Origin: Bigelowiella natans CCMP2755 | Lineage: Eukaryota > Protista > Cercozoa | Direction: 5' to 3' | Length of the DNA stretch: 64,000 bases | Assembly (NCBI GenBank): GCA_000320545.1 | Contig: ADNK01002519.1 | Location: 186,001 to 250,000 of the forward strand | Part shown: positions 61,196-64,000 of the stretch, one piece after another | Position numbering within the stretch: the stretch's first letter is position 1 | How the letters are laid out: each line of letters starts with the position of its first letter | Notes under the pieces: generated by a model | The model's database searches: none | Told to the model about the DNA's origin: nothing | The model's input: only the letters and a program-made list of their open reading frames with translations | Program-made: the position numbers and the translations under genes

Positions 61196-62664
61196 ATGGA
61201 TCCGCTATGGCGGTCGGCGCTGGTGCTGCTCATTGTACATGCAGTGCTTGCGTGGACCGAAATTGAACGTAGAGAGGCTGAAGGACTCAGGTTAATCTGA
61301 CAAAAGTATCATGCTTACCCACGAAACAAAGGAACATTCCTGTCTTAAGCCCTTCGTGCTCCCTCCCCCCTCCCCCTGAATTTGGGTTGATTGACAAGGG
61401 AATCATTGATCACCATGCGCCGCAACTACCACTCACTTAGCTATGCCGAGTTTCGCAACAGTTACAAGATGACCAAGACTCCGGTAGTGGTCTCTTTGAG
61501 TTTGAGTATCTATGCATTCGGATCTGATGTTGAGACATCCGTGCTCGAAGGTGATAATCACGAACTACACTGATGGGTGGCCCATAATGAATTGGAGCTT
61601 CGACCGTTTAAAGGTCGCATTAATCATCAGGAATCGAATATAGTCTCACGTTCGTTGCTATATGCCGAGCGACCTCACACATGTTGATGAATCCCACGCA
61701 GCCGCGTGTGCATGCGCTTCTGACTATTGTTTCCTGTAATAATTCTATGAATAGGAGGATTGTGTTGGAGATCGGGTGAACTTCGTTGATAAGGGCCTCT
61801 ACCTCATTCAGAATCTACCACCGGTCAGGAGGAGGAGGAGGAGGAAGATAGTTGCGAACATGAAAGAAAACACAGTTCTTTGATCATACTCGCATGTAAA
61901 TGGCGTTGTAAATCTATGACCTTTCTGGTCTATTTGACTCATCACCAGGCAGCGAAGAAGATGTGGGAAGCTGAGCTAATGCGCGTGTTTGGTCTCTCCC
62001 TCAACCAGCTTCTCGTAATGACGTTGATGATATCGGAGAGAAGTGTAGATGAAAGAATCAAGACCACTCTACGTAGCGATGAACAGGAGGGGGGAAGGAG
62101 GATATTTGAAACACCATTTCAGACATGCGCGTGGCTTATATAATATATGCTCGTACATATGTGTGTGCGTTAACGCGCGTGTTTCTTCTGATTTGTGTTT
62201 GTGCTGATATTTTTATATGTGCTGCATGCGGTCTGGCAGAGACTTTGCCAGGAAGGAATGTCTGTTCCACAATTCATCGATTACGTCACGCTCAATCGGT
62301 ACATATCGACAGCGCAGTAGTTCTATCTCCACTCCTATGCGTAGTCTAGCAGCAGTCTAGTTGACACTGGCTTTCGATAACGGCAAGCTGCACGAATGGA
62401 TGGATGATTAAGCAGATAATACTCGCTGTGCGAGCTCTGATTGAGTCGATAATCAAGTTGTTCTTTTAGCTCGAAGGAAGAAATAATGAAGCAGGACTTC
62501 TCGCATCTGGTAGTAGTAGTAGTAGTAGTAGTAGTAGTAATAGTAGTGGTAGTAAAGACCCATCATCCGATGTTGTTGATATCGATCCTATCATATTGAT
62601 GCCGATATTAGTACGTCGTCTCTCATCGTACCGTGTACCAATTACACCCGAGCCTACGAAATAC

Positions 62665-62704
<40 letters not shown>

Positions 62705-64000
62705 TTTTGAATGAGGCGATGCGACCGGTTGCGACCGGTTGATTAAAATCATGAATATTTATACCGTGATGCTGAAGAGAAACTAATGATGATGATGATG
62801 ATGATGATGAAAGTGGTGATGATTAGGTTCATTATTTCCTACCCGTGCACATGCACTCGTTCTCCCTCCATCGATTCTGCTCTGCCAAGCTAGTTGATGG
62901 TAATGAGAAGTGAAGAGTGGTTATGTGCTAATAATAATAATAACAATAATGATGATGATGATGATGATAATAGGCGTCGTTTCAGACCGTGTTCGTCGTT
63001 GTCTAGCTAGATAGTGATAAGAAAAGAGGCAAAGAAGAGAGGGAGGGGGCGGGGGGATTTGAACGTGTGTATAGTAAGGAACAGCGGTTGACCATCTTCG
63101 ATGAAGATGATGTGGATGATAATGTCAAATATATTAAATATTGTGATACATATCCTCTCCCCCCCCCCCCCCCTCCTCACACGAAAGACGTGACTTTTCC
63201 ATCGTATCTTCTCGGGCGTCACATCTCAAACTTTTGCCAAAACCATAAGGAGAAGGGCCCGGTTGTTGCTGCCTCCTAGCTAGCAAATTTGCTGCCTGTG
63301 TTTTGCTCATATTCCATCGAGAAAACAGTATTAGCTTTAGCATGACCGTCGTTACTCTGTTACTTGGACGATGAAGAGACGAGCAGAAAGATGTAAATCG
63401 TGTGTTTTTCGTGCTGTTATTGCTCTGATTCCTCCTCCTCCTCCCGCTACGATGATAACAGGTATATGGCGGAGTCTATGATCCTGAAATATTTTTCGCG
63501 GCCGCTCATTCCAGAGCATACCCCGCCCATTTGCACGGCGTCTCCGCTGATATCCTCCTCCTCGTGGTATTTCTGCATGCAGAGCAGCAAGGGAGGGGGG
63601 GGGAAGGGAGTGGAGAAGGCTTTCACAGTAGGAGTATTGACATTACGCCGCACATCGTGATAATTGATTGTTTGTTAAAGGTAAGGGGCAGGAAGAAGTA
63701 CGTGGGGTGGCCATACACCGAGAAGGTTGTTACATACAGATTCGGACGAGATATCGATCGAAAGGAGGAATATCCACGAGAAATATGAATAATACGTGCT
63801 GGAAACAGCAATGCTATGTTTTCTATTCAATGAGAGTAAACACCTGTGTAGCAGTACAATTGATAAATCGCTGTTTTTGCTTGATTTTCGCATTTCTTTC
63901 TCCCCGAGAAGAAAGAACACATGGCAGCCATCAATCACAACAGTACCATCAAATAGTCGTTGTCTCTCTTTCAGCTGCTAACAATGGCTAACGATGTTTC
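61196..64000 (+). CDS. Signal-peptide-bearing JmjC/cupin-domain protein (JMJD8-like architecture), multi-exon, runs off the window end
   Basis: MDPLWRSALVLLIVHAVLA leader; LSYAEFRNSYKMTKTP|VIITNYTDGWPIMNWSFDRLK; PEIFFAAAHSRAYPAHLHG; RGRKKYVGWP. Confidence 0.75.

Noticed and set aside
1-64000. Nucleomorph, organellar or prokaryotic origin of the window; CRISPR arrays; rRNA
   Set aside because: Moderate GC, long microsatellite-filled spliceosomal introns, BBS1 and an LTR element indicate a host nuclear genome. No repeat-spacer arrays or rRNA-like sequence were seen.

Overview
Eukaryotic nuclear DNA from an intron- and microsatellite-rich, flagellated protist (BBS1 present). Bipartite leader peptides, including an LRRLRGG motif on an importin, point to an alga with a secondary plastid, probably chlorarachniophyte-like; this is inference. 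I reconstruct about 18 host genes by reading exons by eye, so boundaries are approximate: BBS1(-), a Sec14/CRAL-TRIO protein(+), an SH3 + MARVEL-like 4-TM protein(-), an atypical thioredoxin-fold protein(+), RTEL1(-), a weakly supported small gene(+), a prokaryote-type UDP-galactopyranose mutase(-), a P-loop GTPase-HSP20 fusion(+), a zinc-finger-like ORF(-), a small mitochondrial-type protein(+), an importin-4-like karyopherin(-), a ZIP transporter(+), a 187-aa ORF(-), an unknown multi-TM protein(+), an MFS transporter(-), a GH38 alpha-mannosidase(+), a GRDP-like/SUMO-like fusion(-) and a secreted JmjC protein(+). There is one complete, very young Ty3/Gypsy LTR retrotransposon (16247-21964) with identical 326-bp LTRs, a TGTT target-site duplication, PBS and PPT. 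The most notable observations: (1) its integrase has a DD(27)E core and ends in a degenerate DIRS/phage-Dam-type adenine methyltransferase-like domain instead of a chromodomain; (2) host genes alternate strand almost perfectly as head-to-head pairs, and every convergent junction holds a distinctive TGCA/GCATGC/GCGC palindrome-rich tract; (3) the importin carries a signal peptide, transit-like peptide and ubiquitin-like LRGG motif, suggesting delivery to a periplastid/nucleomorph compartment.
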